Of a stretch of DNA of 64,000 bases, positions 48,220 to 58,822 are shown piece after piece. A program made the position numbers and the translations under genes. This DNA is from a bacterium (GTDB lineage Bacteria; Calditrichota; Calditrichia; RBG-13-44-9; J042). The first letter of the stretch is position 1, and the number at the start of each line of letters is the position of its first letter. The notes beneath the pieces were generated by a model. That model had not been told where the DNA came from and ran no database searches. It worked only from the letters and a program-made list of their open reading frames with translations. The stretch covers positions 10,104 to 74,103 of the forward strand of contig WFTQ01000084.1 in NCBI GenBank assembly GCA_015485355.1. The letters run 5' to 3'.

Positions 48220-49143
48220 TTAGTTAATTTGAGACTTCAATGGTAAAGGGACACCCTCGATGTGAACCAATTCCGTGGTGATGGATCCAATCAACACTTT
48301 CGATTTCATGAGCACCGGAAGCTTGCGCTCGTCATCGGTCAACCAGACCCACAACTTGCCCTTCTGCTTGAAAATGGCCTCCCCTTTTAAACGGGGTTGT
48401 ACTTTAATGCAATCAAAGGTTCCCGCCTTCACCTTAATCCGCTCCTTTTTCTGAATGATCACCTTCAGATCGTATACTTTACGGTTGTCGTGATTGTTCA
48501 TGATCACCGGAACGCCTACTTCCAGGTCCTGGGTGCGCACGTAGTAAAAGGCGGCCAGGACATCCAGTACATACTCGGGAATGGGGATCACAAATTCTTC
48601 CTGATTTTTAATGCGCAACGGCTCGTCGCTATGGTAGCGGATCATTTTTACGTGAGCCTTTCCAAACAGCTGGTCGTAGTTGACAAAGAGGTCGAATTTA
48701 TAACCGCCTTCGCGGAGTTTTTTGGTAAATTGCCAGGAAAAGATACCCCGGGCATCGATAATGCTTTCCACCTCGTCGCGGACTTTAAACACCAGATCAA
48801 AGGTTCTGGTGGAACGCGCGGTGGAAACGATCCGATAGGAAGGGAAACTATCGTTGACCACAATTTTTTCCCGGACCTCCATGGTGGCATAGCCTGCCTT
48901 AATAAAACCATATCGGACAACGAATGTTAACTTTTCGCCCACATCAAAAGCATGATTGGGGACCACTCGATCCAGCTTCCGAGGAAACGCTTCCCTGGAA
49001 TCCAGACGGCTTTCTTCCGCCAGGGTATCGGCCAGGGCCGATAGTGGGATCCATGCTTCCCCTCGGGTGGATTCCCGGGGTAAGAACAGTGTCACCAGCA
49101 ATACGAAAATCGAGCCACCCATCAGCATCATCCGTAGCCCCAT
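48220..49143 (-). CDS. DUF3108 domain secreted protein
   Basis: Signal/TM segment; GEKLTF.VRYG, VKAGTFDC, WLTDDERKLPV. Confidence 0.8.
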   Translation of the reverse strand: MGLRMMLMGGSIFVLLVTLFLPRESTRGEAWIPLSALADTLAEESRLDSREAFPRKLDRVVPNHAFDVGEKLTFVVRYGFIKAGYATMEVREKIVVNDSFPSYRIVSTARSTRTFDLVFKVRDEVESIIDARGIFSWQFTKKLREGGYKFDLFVNYDQLFGKAHVKMIRYHSDEPLRIKNQEEFVIPIPEYVLDVLAAFYYVRTQDLEVGVPVIMNNHDNRKVYDLKVIIQKKERIKVKAGTFDCIKVQPRLKGEAIFKQKGKLWVWLTDDERKLPVLMKSKVLIGSITTELVHIEGVPLPLKSQIN

Positions 49144-49387
49144 GGACGCTTCCTTATGTTATGATCGCGGTTCAATCCTTTCCGGCCGATGTTTCACGGC
49201 GTCTTCGACCCGTGGAATTTATAAAATTAGAAGGGCGAATCCACCTATTTTCACGAATAGTGATCGGGGCAAGGGTTACCCTCACCGGATCGGGAAACCC
49301 GGAAGGGAAACAAGGGAGGGTTATTCGGGGGACAAGGAAAGTGATCCAGGTAGGCGGTGCCTGGATTTTCCCATCCGGTCAGGCGTT

Positions 49388-50821
49388 TCAGGCGTCCAGA
49401 ATCTGACTTTTGAGTTGCAGCACGGTGCTTTTCAGAATGGGATTGTGGCCGATCTCTTTCTGAATTTTCTTATGGCTGTGCAGAACCGTTGTGTGGTTGC
49501 GATTGCCAAACTGATATCCGATGCGGATTAAAGACTCTCCCGTGATTTCGCGTGCCAGATAGATGGCAATTTGTCTGGCCAGTTGAATTTCCCGCTTTCG
49601 GGAGGAACCAATGAGGACATCCACCGGGAGATTGAAATAATCGGCCACGACTTGTTGAATGAGCTCAATATCAATCCGTTTTTTCCGCATGCCCAGTCCA
49701 TTCAATCCCTGCCATTGAGGATAAATTTGGGCCACAATAAACTTGGCCTGATCGAGATCCAACGGTTTACCGATCAAAGAGATTTGGGCGATAATGCGAA
49801 TCATGGCCGCATTAAGCAGATGCATGTCTGTCGTAAGATTTTCGACCAGGAAATCGACGATTTCCGGGGCGAGTTTCAGGCCATTCTGTTCCAGTTGAAA
49901 ATCGATCACCTTCCGGCGGGATTCCACCGAGGGGTGGATCAAATCGACGATCAGTCCTTTCTGAAAGAAAGAGATCAGCCGGGGATTGAAATTGATCAGG
50001 TTGGCCGGGGGGACATTTACGGTCAGCACAATCTGACGCCGCTTTTTTTCCAGCTCCATCAGGATGTAGAGGAGGCCTTCCTGGGATTTCGGCTTGTTGG
50101 ATAAAATCTGAATATCATCCATTAAAAATAAATCTGCGGAAGTCAGTTTCTTCTTAAAATTATTGATATCAGCATGTTGCAGGGCGTATACGTATTCATT
50201 GAGAAATTTTTCGGCATTAATATACAAAATTCGGGAACGGGGTCGGCGCTCCTGGACATGATTACCGATGGCGTGGAGCAGGTGGCTCTTTCCGGTTCCC
50301 ACCTCGCCATAAATCACCAGGGGGTTAAATTTGACCCGGGTGGTATGATTGGCCACATACTCGGCCGATTTCAGGGCCAGTTCGTTATCGTTGTTGACGA
50401 AAAAATTGCTTAGTCGGCAATGAGTATCCAGTTCACAATCTTCACTGGAGAAGCCGTCCGGTTGGACGGGGCCGCGCTCCTCCGGTTCTTCTTCGACTTC
50501 ATCCAGGGGTTCCTTGTCCCGATGCGAGGGAGCAATCAGAAATTCAAGGCGGGTCCTTAAACCAAACACCTTGCGGACGGTGGATTCCAACAGATGGCCG
50601 TAATGGGTATCGATCCACTCGAAAAAGAACCGGGAGGGCACCCGCAGGATCAGCGTATCGTCCACAAATGAGACGGGTATGATGGGCAGGAACCAGGTTT
50701 GCAGGGTTTGAAGAGACACCTCATTTTTAATCGCTTCCAGGCACCGCTTCCACTGCGTTTGAACCGAAGCATCCGAAGGCGGAAACGCTTCCGAAATCGC
50801 ATTAGCATTGTGTATACTCAT
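49388..50821 (-). CDS. DnaA-like protein (divergent paralogue, all four domains)
   Basis: Domain I (W..C....TWF.PI), FNPLVIYGEVGTGKSHL Walker A, DDIQ Walker B, domain IV RQIAIYL..FGNRNHTTVLH; arginine finger and sensor II substituted. Confidence 0.9.
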   Translation of the reverse strand: MSIHNANAISEAFPPSDASVQTQWKRCLEAIKNEVSLQTLQTWFLPIIPVSFVDDTLILRVPSRFFFEWIDTHYGHLLESTVRKVFGLRTRLEFLIAPSHRDKEPLDEVEEEPEERGPVQPDGFSSEDCELDTHCRLSNFFVNNDNELALKSAEYVANHTTRVKFNPLVIYGEVGTGKSHLLHAIGNHVQERRPRSRILYINAEKFLNEYVYALQHADINNFKKKLTSADLFLMDDIQILSNKPKSQEGLLYILMELEKKRRQIVLTVNVPPANLINFNPRLISFFQKGLIVDLIHPSVESRRKVIDFQLEQNGLKLAPEIVDFLVENLTTDMHLLNAAMIRIIAQISLIGKPLDLDQAKFIVAQIYPQWQGLNGLGMRKKRIDIELIQQVVADYFNLPVDVLIGSSRKREIQLARQIAIYLAREITGESLIRIGYQFGNRNHTTVLHSHKKIQKEIGHNPILKSTVLQLKSQILDA

Positions 50822-51146
50822 AATACGTATGCCACCAAAAAATTGTCTATACCATCATCTCATGTTTTTTTCTGGGTTAAAATGAATCAAATATTCAATT
50901 CAGAGTCATCGCCTCGAGCTGCCCAATTATATAAAAGTCCCCCCAAAAAAATCAAACGAGTTGAGAAAAAAATTTTAAAAAAATTAGTTTCACGTTAAAC
51001 ACATTTTCCAGACCAATATTTTACTATGACTTAAGAAGTTTACCCAATTTCCGGGCATAATTTTTTCAATTCATTTGATTTTAAAAGCGGGATTTTTTAA
51101 AATTGTAAGCTTTAAGCTAATGATGCAATCAGCAAAGGAGTGGTCT

Positions 51147-51341
51147 ATGGCCAAGGTCTGTGAAATTTGCGGGAAAAAGCCGATGTTCGGCAACCGTGTC
51201 AGTCACGCCAACAATCGTACCCGGCGGCGCTTTAACCCCAATTTGCAGAAAGTCCGGGCAATAATTCAGGGCCAAACCCGGCGGGTCACCGTTTGCACCC
51301 GCTGCATTCAGGCCGGTAAAGTGCTCAAAGCCGTCCGATAG
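51147..51341 (+). CDS. rpmB: 50S ribosomal protein L28 (Zn-ribbon form)
   Basis: [33 protein letters not shown]. Confidence 0.97.
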   Translation: MAKVCEICGKKPMFGNRVSHANNRTRRRFNPNLQKVRAIIQGQTRRVTVCTRCIQAGKVLKAVR

Positions 51342-51369
51342 TTCCGGCTCAACCATCAGCGCTTTTCCT

Positions 51370-51402
51370 TCCCCAATGGCTCTGCAACATTGGGGATTTT
51401 TT
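51370..51402 (+). terminator. Terminator after rpmB
   Basis: TCCCCAATG...CATTGGGGA followed by TTTTTT. Confidence 0.75.
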
Positions 51403-51485
51403 ATTGCCCAAGCCTGTGAAAAGACTTTTTCCTCCCTCCTCCGCGCGGCAGGGAAGTCCCCCCCTCCGGAGACCCGCCCTTGCAA

Positions 51486-52766
51486 TTAATTAAACTCCTC
51501 GTTATAAAACGAAGGATGCAGGTAATAGTCTCCAAATCCGGTGCGATCGATAAATAAAAAGACTTTCCGCAACTGGTAATATCGCCATATTTCGTAGGGA
51601 TAGCTATCGATTTCAAAGGGGTGACGTTCGATGTCATCGGGTTCCCCGAATTTAATAAAGATGCGCCCACGATCGGTCAACCAGCCGGCCTGCGTCATGG
51701 TCGAAAAATTCTGGTTGGCAAAGTTCACCCGCCGGTAATATTCATCCATCAGCTCGTTCTTTTCGGTCTCCGGATTGGGGTCCATCTCTTCCCAAAAGCG
51801 CTCGAAAAAAACTTTCTTTTCCCGGTAGGTCCGCTTCAATACGCGACGAATGGAATCTTCCTCGAAAATATAGACCAGCTGTTCAATCGCCATATCCAGA
51901 TCCCGGGGGGATTGGGGTGTAACCGTCCAGAAAAACGAGAAAATTTGGTTTAACTGAAATTTCTTATCCCCCCTTACAGCCTCCAAGTATAAAGAATATT
52001 TGTTCCGATCAAACTGGTAGCGGTTTAGCCGAATAAAATGTTCCTGAAAGGGGGGTTCACCGAATACCAGGTACTGATTGCGTAAATCCAGGCGCCCTTC
52101 TTCGTCGTATACCCGGTAATCGATCCGCAAAGTGTCTTGCGGATTTTCCACAAAGGTGTTGAAGAAGAAGTAGATATCCTTTTCGTCCCCGGAGTAGTTG
52201 CGCGTCAGATTGGGTTCGTAACCGACGATGCGCCCTGTGCTGTCCCGAACGACCCTGTTTAAAAACAGAACATTGCTTATCATAAACTGATATTTTCGAT
52301 AATCGGGCATTTTAAAATGAATTTTCCGGTTAACCTGCTTATTGGTGTTTTTATCCAATACCGTGATCACGGCCTCATATTCCCCGCTTTCAATGGGTAT
52401 GTCGATGGTAAAAGTATTCATGGTGGTCCGGGAATTGGTTTCCTCAAAGGAGCCCACCCAGAGCCGTTTCTGTATCGAGCGGTTGAAAAACACCTCTTTG
52501 CCGGCATCCATCACATAAACTTCCAGTTGAATTTCCGCCGTGTATCCGGTATCCGCCTGGATAAAGGTGATGTCGTCGTTCACCATCTGAATGAACACCC
52601 GAACCAGCGTTTGCTGACCGTCGGTGGTAAAGGTGGGAAAGACTTCGGCACTAAAATAGGGCAATCCGATACCGCTCAGCTGGGGCGTGGCCATATATTG
52701 TGCGTGGGCCGTCGGGATTCCAAACCGGACAATGCAGAGCAAGAAAATGGCCCAACGAAACCTCAT
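51486..52766 (-). CDS. GWxTD domain secreted protein
   Basis: FW..MDPNPET..NE...EYYRRV..AN..F....GWLTDRGRIFIKFGEPD. Confidence 0.88.
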   Translation of the reverse strand: MRFRWAIFLLCIVRFGIPTAHAQYMATPQLSGIGLPYFSAEVFPTFTTDGQQTLVRVFIQMVNDDITFIQADTGYTAEIQLEVYVMDAGKEVFFNRSIQKRLWVGSFEETNSRTTMNTFTIDIPIESGEYEAVITVLDKNTNKQVNRKIHFKMPDYRKYQFMISNVLFLNRVVRDSTGRIVGYEPNLTRNYSGDEKDIYFFFNTFVENPQDTLRIDYRVYDEEGRLDLRNQYLVFGEPPFQEHFIRLNRYQFDRNKYSLYLEAVRGDKKFQLNQIFSFFWTVTPQSPRDLDMAIEQLVYIFEEDSIRRVLKRTYREKKVFFERFWEEMDPNPETEKNELMDEYYRRVNFANQNFSTMTQAGWLTDRGRIFIKFGEPDDIERHPFEIDSYPYEIWRYYQLRKVFLFIDRTGFGDYYLHPSFYNEEFN

Positions 52767-52771
52767 GGTCC

Positions 52772-54103
52772 CTAACCCCCTTGCACCCGTCCATACAATT
52801 CGTATTCCGAGGCATCCACCACCCGGACCGACCGAATTTGTCCTGGCAGGAGGTCGTCCGGGATGTCCTCCAGGATGACCTCGTTATCGATCTCCGGGGA
52901 GTCCCCCGGGGTTCGTCCAAAAGCAATTCGCTGCGTGGCATCGGTTTCATCGATCATGACGGTCACTTTCCGTCCCATCCATTCCCTGTTTTTTCTAAGG
53001 GAAATCTCCCGCTGAAGTTCCATAATTTCCCGATAGCGGGCTTCTTTTCGCTCTTCCGGCAAATCCTCCATGGCATAAGCAGCCGTATGGTCTTCGTGGG
53101 AATAGGTGAAAACGCCCAGTCGCTCAAATTGCATCTCCTGAACAAAGTCCTTCAATGCCTGAAAATCGGCTTCGGTTTCTCCGGGATGGCCCACAATGAG
53201 GGTGGTCCGCAATGTCACCCCGGGAATACGCCGGCGCACTTGAGAAAAAATCGCTCGAATGCGGCCGGCACTCCCCCCCCGGCGCATAATCCGCAACATC
53301 CGATCGGTTATATGCTGCACAGGCATGTCCAGATAAGGCACGATCCGACCGCTGTGGGCCATTTGATCGATCAACGCCTCCTGTACGGTGGTGGGATATA
53401 AATAGTGAAGGCGTATCCACTCCACGCCCGGAATCTGTTCCAGCGCTTTGAGCAGATCCACAATCCTCTGTTCTTTGTATAAATCCATGCCATAAAAGGA
53501 GGTGTCCTGGGCAACCAGAATAATCTCCTTAACGCCTTGCTCGGCCAGCATCCGTGCTTCGGACACGATCTGAGATATGGGACGGCTGCGATAGCGTCCC
53601 CGAATCCGGGGAATGGCGCAAAAGGAACAGGTATGGTTGCATCCCTCGGATATTTTCAAATATGCATAATGGCCCCGGGTGGTCAGGTAACGCCGTTCAA
53701 ACAGATGTTCCGGGGTCAACTCATGAGCCACATTCAAAAATTTAAGAATATTCTGGTAATCCTCGGTACCAAAAAACGCATCAACCGCCGGCAATTCTTT
53801 CCGCAACTCTCCGGCATATCGCTGAACCAAACAGCCGCACACCACGATCTTTTTCGAGGGATCCTCCTGCTTTAATCGTTCGGCCTCTAAGATGGCATCC
53901 ACCGATTCCTGTTTGGCCAGATGGATGAAACCGCAGGTATTGATAATGAGGACATCGGCCTCTTCGGGGTCGTCGACCAGCCGGGCCTTATGGGCCTTCA
54001 ATTGACCCAACAAGATTTCCGAATCGTACACATTCTTGGAACAACCCAGGGTAGTGACATGAATGCGGGGGGGGCTTTTGGTTTTTCCGGTTCCTGTGCT
54101 CAT
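52772..54103 (-). CDS. rimO: Ribosomal protein S12 methylthiotransferase RimO
   Basis: LGCSKN.YDSE, INTCGFI, YLKISEGCNHTCSFC.IP, DSPEID, TRAM domain; start placed at 54103, since the ORF-track extension overlaps ftsY. Confidence 0.95.
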   Translation of the reverse strand: MSTGTGKTKSPPRIHVTTLGCSKNVYDSEILLGQLKAHKARLVDDPEEADVLIINTCGFIHLAKQESVDAILEAERLKQEDPSKKIVVCGCLVQRYAGELRKELPAVDAFFGTEDYQNILKFLNVAHELTPEHLFERRYLTTRGHYAYLKISEGCNHTCSFCAIPRIRGRYRSRPISQIVSEARMLAEQGVKEIILVAQDTSFYGMDLYKEQRIVDLLKALEQIPGVEWIRLHYLYPTTVQEALIDQMAHSGRIVPYLDMPVQHITDRMLRIMRRGGSAGRIRAIFSQVRRRIPGVTLRTTLIVGHPGETEADFQALKDFVQEMQFERLGVFTYSHEDHTAAYAMEDLPEERKEARYREIMELQREISLRKNREWMGRKVTVMIDETDATQRIAFGRTPGDSPEIDNEVILEDIPDDLLPGQIRSVRVVDASEYELYGRVQGG

Positions 54104-54107
54104 CGGT

Positions 54108-55046
54108 TTAACGATTCTCCGAAACGGTTTGGTCTTCAAACAATCCCTCCACAAACGTCTGGGGATGGAAGACCTCCAGGTCTTCCATCTGCTCGCCCAG
54201 TCCCACATATTTAATGGGAATCCCCAACTGATGGGCAATGCCAATGACGCTCCCCCCTTTTGCCGTACCATCCAGTTTGGTAAGAACGATCCCGGTAACG
54301 CCCACGGCCTCCACAAAATTACGGGCCTGATTGAGTGCGTTTTGTCCCACCGTGCCATCCAGCACCAACAGGACTTCGTGGGGGGCCTGGGGCAGCACCT
54401 TTTGAATCACCCGTTTGATTTTCTTCAATTCTTCCATCAGATTGACTTTGGTGTGCAACCTTCCGGCGGTATCCAGAATGGCTACATCCATGCCCCGGGC
54501 CACGGCGGCCTGGACGGTATCGTAGGCCACGGCTCCCGGGTCCGATCCGCTGTGATGTTTAATCACATCGGCACCCAGACGCTCCGCCCAGACGCCCAAT
54601 TGTTCGATTGCCGCCGCCCGAAAAGTATCCGCCGCTCCAAGCAAAACCTTCTTGCCCCGCTGTTGATATCGATAGGTCAACTTGGCGATGGAAGTGGTTT
54701 TGCCCGTACCGTTGACGCCCACAACAAGAATCACAAAGGGTTTTTCCGGAAGTTGTTCTTCCCAAACTTTCATGGGCGGAAAAAACCGAACGATTTCCGC
54801 TTTTAGAAGGCGAAGCAATTGCCGCGGGTCTTCACACCGTTCTTTTCTGACCCTTTGTTGCACCCGTTCCAGGAGGGTTAACGTGGTATCGAACCCGACA
54901 TCTCCGGTGATGAGAATCTCCTCAATCTCTTCCAGCAACTCATCGTCAATGCGGGTCCGCGTCGCAATGATCTGGGAGAGGCGGTCAAACACCTGGCTTT
55001 TGGTGCGTGCAAGGCCCTGTCGCAATTTATGGAAAAACGCCGCCAT
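54108..55046 (-). CDS. ftsY: Signal recognition particle receptor FtsY
   Basis: GVNGTGKTT, DTFRAAA, DTAGR, TKLDGTAKGG. Confidence 0.98.
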   Translation of the reverse strand: MAAFFHKLRQGLARTKSQVFDRLSQIIATRTRIDDELLEEIEEILITGDVGFDTTLTLLERVQQRVRKERCEDPRQLLRLLKAEIVRFFPPMKVWEEQLPEKPFVILVVGVNGTGKTTSIAKLTYRYQQRGKKVLLGAADTFRAAAIEQLGVWAERLGADVIKHHSGSDPGAVAYDTVQAAVARGMDVAILDTAGRLHTKVNLMEELKKIKRVIQKVLPQAPHEVLLVLDGTVGQNALNQARNFVEAVGVTGIVLTKLDGTAKGGSVIGIAHQLGIPIKYVGLGEQMEDLEVFHPQTFVEGLFEDQTVSENR

Positions 55047-55127
55047 GCTGCTTTACTCCTTTCTCGCGAATATGTTCTCTACTCATCCCCGTTTCTTCAA
55101 CTCATAAATATACACCCAAAGCTTCCT

Positions 55128-56318
55128 TTAATCCACCTCTGACGTAGATCGTCGGAAGATCAAATGGCCCACCAACACACTGAGGATGACCACAAAAACG
55201 GCGGCAATAAACACTTCCGCCGATAGAATCCGCTGACGGTATCCCAGCCAGAGGATGATCAAGGTCAGTTCCCCCCTGGGAAAAGTCCCCAGCACCAGGA
55301 ACAAAAGGTGCTGTTTCCGATACCGGACGTAAGCCCCGAAAGCAATCGCCAGCACAATAAGGGCCGCCATCAGGAGGTTAAAGTCCTTCCACACGTGATA
55401 GGAGTGTTGAAAGGCCGTCACGGCGGTGCGCCCCATATCGGTAAACGGAATCAGGAAAAAAAAGGAACCCATCTGCAACAACCGTTGCCGCTGAAATTTT
55501 TCCACCGAAGGGATCATACTCTTTAAAAACAACCCGGCCCAGAAACCGATAAACATGAGGGATAACCCCGTGTTATAGGCCAGATTGAGGGAGATAAAAA
55601 AGATGCCCATGGCCAGAAATAAAAGGCTGTTGGTAGCCGGTTGGGAACGCCGAGACAGATAAAAGGAGAAGCGACGCCGCAGGAAAATGGGGAGCGAAAA
55701 CAGCAGAAACAACAGCAGGTAGATCAGATCCAGTATGGTAAAACTTCGGTGCAGATTTTGTTTAATGGTGTCGATGGCCGCCATGGCAATAATGGCAACA
55801 ATGTCCAGGGAGAGGGCGATTTGCAGCAAATTGGTGGTCTGTTTTTTTAATATTCCGCTCTCCGAAAGATAGCTCCGGGCCACCGCCCCGATGTTAATAC
55901 TAAGAAAAGCGGTGGTTAAAAAAAGGGCGGCCCACCAGTCGTGGTCGGTAATAACGAAAAACGACGCCGTGCCGAAAATCAGTATTGTCAGGGCGGCCAG
56001 AACCGTGCTAAACGTCAGATTGTCCCCCTCCACCCAGCGAAAAAATCGGGGATCGAAATTCAGCCCGATGAGAATTAAAAACACCAGGACCCCAATGTGG
56101 TTGGCAAACAGCAGGAACACATTGTTGTCGTTAAACACCCGGTTCAATACCTGGGGATAATCGGATAATAGCACCAGCAGAGACCCGAACAGGGCTCCGG
56201 TAATCAGATAGGCCAAAAAATCGGGCAATCGCAATCTTCGGATTAAAGCCAGGGTAAAAGCACTGAGTGCATAGACAAACGCCAGGTAAACAAAAAACTG
56301 CCCAACCAGTTCTTTCAT
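55128..56318 (-). CDS. Cation:proton antiporter-like membrane protein (CPA2, divergent)
   Basis: About 12 TM helices; LP..LAYLITG, GVLVFL..IGL, PRGE motif. Confidence 0.7.
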   Translation of the reverse strand: MKELVGQFFVYLAFVYALSAFTLALIRRLRLPDFLAYLITGALFGSLLVLLSDYPQVLNRVFNDNNVFLLFANHIGVLVFLILIGLNFDPRFFRWVEGDNLTFSTVLAALTILIFGTASFFVITDHDWWAALFLTTAFLSINIGAVARSYLSESGILKKQTTNLLQIALSLDIVAIIAMAAIDTIKQNLHRSFTILDLIYLLLFLLFSLPIFLRRRFSFYLSRRSQPATNSLLFLAMGIFFISLNLAYNTGLSLMFIGFWAGLFLKSMIPSVEKFQRQRLLQMGSFFFLIPFTDMGRTAVTAFQHSYHVWKDFNLLMAALIVLAIAFGAYVRYRKQHLLFLVLGTFPRGELTLIILWLGYRQRILSAEVFIAAVFVVILSVLVGHLIFRRSTSEVD

Positions 56319-56327
56319 ATTCCCCCT

Positions 56328-57341
56328 TCACTGTCCTTTAAAATTCGGATAATCAAAACGAAATCGCTTTCGGTAATAAAAGCGGGTAAAGTAAAAACCG
56401 ACCAATGCGATCAGGAAAAACATCGGAAACTTCAGAGAAACCAGCAGCACAAAGAAAAATATACCCATCTTCACCGTTACAATAGCCCGGCTGATCGCGG
56501 GGAAGAGCGTAAGATACAGGGCAAACGGTAAAGTACCGAGTGCGATCAGTACGATGAGATCGTCCCGGAGCAAAATGCCACCTATCAGCGCCAAAGCAAT
56601 AAAAGCGGTGCTCAAATAAACGGTTGTGCGGAAACCATAACGGACCGGAAAGGTGATTTTTCTGGCGGCGGCATCTCCTTCGCGATCGGGCAGGGTGGTC
56701 AGGAAATACAAGCCGGTGTTGAAGGCCAGATAGTTCAGAGAGAACAGCAAAAATTCGACGCTCACAGGGCGATGCAATTGCCACCCCAGGGCAAAAGCCA
56801 ACCATCCCATTCCCATATTTGCCCAAAGTCCCCATAAAGGGCGATTCTTAAATTCGAAAGGGGCGTAATTGTAAAAATAGCCGGTGATGAGCACAAACAT
56901 GGCCAGCCACATGGCAAAGGCAGCGTTTATGAGCATTCCTAACAAGATGCTCAGCGCACAGGTAAAAAAGGCCTGGATCATCCCATGAACGAGGGGGATG
57001 TGCCCATCGCCCAACAGAAACAGTTTCCGGTTTTGTCGATCGGAATCCACATCCCGAAGTTGATTGAAAATGAAGCTCCCCCCCATGGCCAGGGCAAACG
57101 CAAGCATGGCCAGCCACACGGGATACCCCAGCGAATAGTATTGAAATTCCTTGCCTACTTGCGGCAGCAAGAGGGGAAACCGGTTGCGGGCCAACAGACT
57201 ACCGGCCAGGAGGGTCGCCCAACCCGGAAAAAAAAGCATCGGGCGCATAAGGAAAAAATAATCCAAATATCGGAACCACCGGAGCCGCTCTTTGGCCGAC
57301 AACGCCATGGCAGCCGGCTTATTGGGGAACTCTTTCCTCAC
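56328..57341 (-). CDS. UbiA family prenyltransferase
   Basis: NQLRDVDSDRQN and LPDREGD Asp-rich motifs, YNYAPFEFK, multiple TM helices. Confidence 0.88.
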   Translation of the reverse strand: MRKEFPNKPAAMALSAKERLRWFRYLDYFFLMRPMLFFPGWATLLAGSLLARNRFPLLLPQVGKEFQYYSLGYPVWLAMLAFALAMGGSFIFNQLRDVDSDRQNRKLFLLGDGHIPLVHGMIQAFFTCALSILLGMLINAAFAMWLAMFVLITGYFYNYAPFEFKNRPLWGLWANMGMGWLAFALGWQLHRPVSVEFLLFSLNYLAFNTGLYFLTTLPDREGDAAARKITFPVRYGFRTTVYLSTAFIALALIGGILLRDDLIVLIALGTLPFALYLTLFPAISRAIVTVKMGIFFFVLLVSLKFPMFFLIALVGFYFTRFYYRKRFRFDYPNFKGQ

Positions 57342-57353
57342 GCTTTCCCTGAA

Positions 57354-57815
57354 TTATTGGTTTAACAAGACAATGGCCACCCCGATCCCTCCCAGATTCG
57401 CCAGTAGATCCTTCCAGCAAAAATGATTTCCCGGTTGACGCCGATCCCGCATTTCTTTTATCAGGCCCAGGCTCAGGGACACCCCGACGCCGATCCTTCG
57501 GCTGCGTCGGTCCGATACGCCAAATTCCTGATGCAGCGCGCGAGCAGTAAAAACGGTCAGCATTAAACTGCCTAAGAAATGCTTTCCCTTGTCCGGGGCC
57601 AGCCAGGCATCCGCAACCCCCATGGGCCTCACCGTGTCCGCCCGGACGGCGATTTGCTTGACCATGCTCCCCCCACTACCCGCAGGTTGCGCCCACCCCA
57701 TACCCGCAAACAGCAACACCATCATGCCCGCCCACCATCCGAATGCCCCGGGGGAAAAATCCGCCCTTTTTGTATCGCGATGCCGGTCCCATAACGCGCA
57801 CATATGCCTTCCCAT
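57354..57815 (-). CDS. YfiM-like (DUF2279-type) protein
   Basis: DAW.APDKGKHF, GLIKE.RD, WKDLLANLGG; start uncertain, possibly further downstream. Confidence 0.7.
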   Translation of the reverse strand: MGRHMCALWDRHRDTKRADFSPGAFGWWAGMMVLLFAGMGWAQPAGSGGSMVKQIAVRADTVRPMGVADAWLAPDKGKHFLGSLMLTVFTARALHQEFGVSDRRSRRIGVGVSLSLGLIKEMRDRRQPGNHFCWKDLLANLGGIGVAIVLLNQ

Positions 57816-57851
57816 TGCCGGGTTGTTTCAGCCGTTGGTAAATCCTGTGAT

Positions 57852-58343
57852 CTAAAATCGAATAACCAGTTGTACGCCAGGCACCGCCCACCCTCCGTCA
57901 CCCGATGGCCAGTACCGACCCGATATCTCCATCGCCGTGTCGAATTCGAACAAATAGGCATCCACGTAAGCATCCACCAGGGTCAATATGTAGGCTAATC
58001 CCCAATACCAGGTAAACGTATTTCGTTTATCCTGGAAGGCCCGATTTCGGGTCTTGCGCCATTGGTTGTGGTAATAAAACACCCGCTGTATCAGTACTGC
58101 ATTGACACCCAACACCAGGACACCCTTGGCGTACTGTTCATTATAAAACTGACCCCATCCGGGAATCACGGCCGATCGCAGCAGGGCACCCATTGGAGAT
58201 TTTAAAGGTCGATCGCTCAGCAACCGCATGGTATCGATGGCCGCGGTATCTCCCTCGGTGAATGGTCCTGCTTCCGCCCGGGACCATTGGAAGCCGCCTG
58301 ACCCAAGCAGACCGCATAAAATTACAACGAGCATCCCATGCAT
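57852..58343 (-). CDS. DUF5683-like membrane protein
   Basis: KSP.GA.LRSAVIPGWGQFYN, VDAYVDAYL. Confidence 0.8.
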   Translation of the reverse strand: MHGMLVVILCGLLGSGGFQWSRAEAGPFTEGDTAAIDTMRLLSDRPLKSPMGALLRSAVIPGWGQFYNEQYAKGVLVLGVNAVLIQRVFYYHNQWRKTRNRAFQDKRNTFTWYWGLAYILTLVDAYVDAYLFEFDTAMEISGRYWPSGDGGWAVPGVQLVIRF

Positions 58344-58365
58344 TCAATCTTCCCAAAAGACAGGG

Positions 58366-58752
58366 TTAAACTTCGGGTCGCCAGGCGATGCATTCAATCT
58401 CCACCAGTACATCTTTCGGTAATCGACTGACTTCCACCGCCGAACGGGCAGGCGGATCAGAAGGAAAAAATTCTGCATACACCTCGTTCATCCGGGGGAA
58501 ATCCTCCATATTTTTTAAAAAAACCGTGGTTTTGACCACCTGACTCAGATCGCTTCCGGCGGCTTTCAATACCGCGGCAAGATTCTGTAAAACCCGACGG
58601 GTCTGGGCCTTGATGTCGCCCTCGAGCAACTTTCCTGTTCGGGGATCGATCGCGATCTGACCCGCGGTAAACACCAGCCGATCCACCACAACGGCCTGAT
58701 TATAAGGCCCTACCGGTGCCGGCGCTTCGGTGGTGTGAACAATCTGTTTCAT
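58366..58752 (-). CDS. ridA: RidA family reactive intermediate deaminase
   Basis: [38 protein letters not shown]. Confidence 0.95.
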   Translation of the reverse strand: MKQIVHTTEAPAPVGPYNQAVVVDRLVFTAGQIAIDPRTGKLLEGDIKAQTRRVLQNLAAVLKAAGSDLSQVVKTTVFLKNMEDFPRMNEVYAEFFPSDPPARSAVEVSRLPKDVLVEIECIAWRPEV

Positions 58753-58822
58753 GCCCGACCTCCCCTGTTGACTTGAACGGGTTCATTCAACCTCCCGACA
58801 CCAACCCCTCCCATAGGATGTC

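Noticed and set aside
50822..51146. AT-rich spacer upstream of the dnaA-like gene as oriC
   Set aside because: No consensus DnaA-box cluster seen, no dnaN, and no change in gene strand bias; it is explained by divergent promoters
53273..54074. C8 and G8 homopolymer tracts in rimO as phase-variation sites
   Set aside because: Short tracts encoding Gly/Pro in a GC-rich housekeeping gene; the frame is intact
54104..54358. N-terminal extension of RimO given in the ORF track
   Set aside because: It overlaps ftsY in another frame; RimO homology starts after Met at 54103
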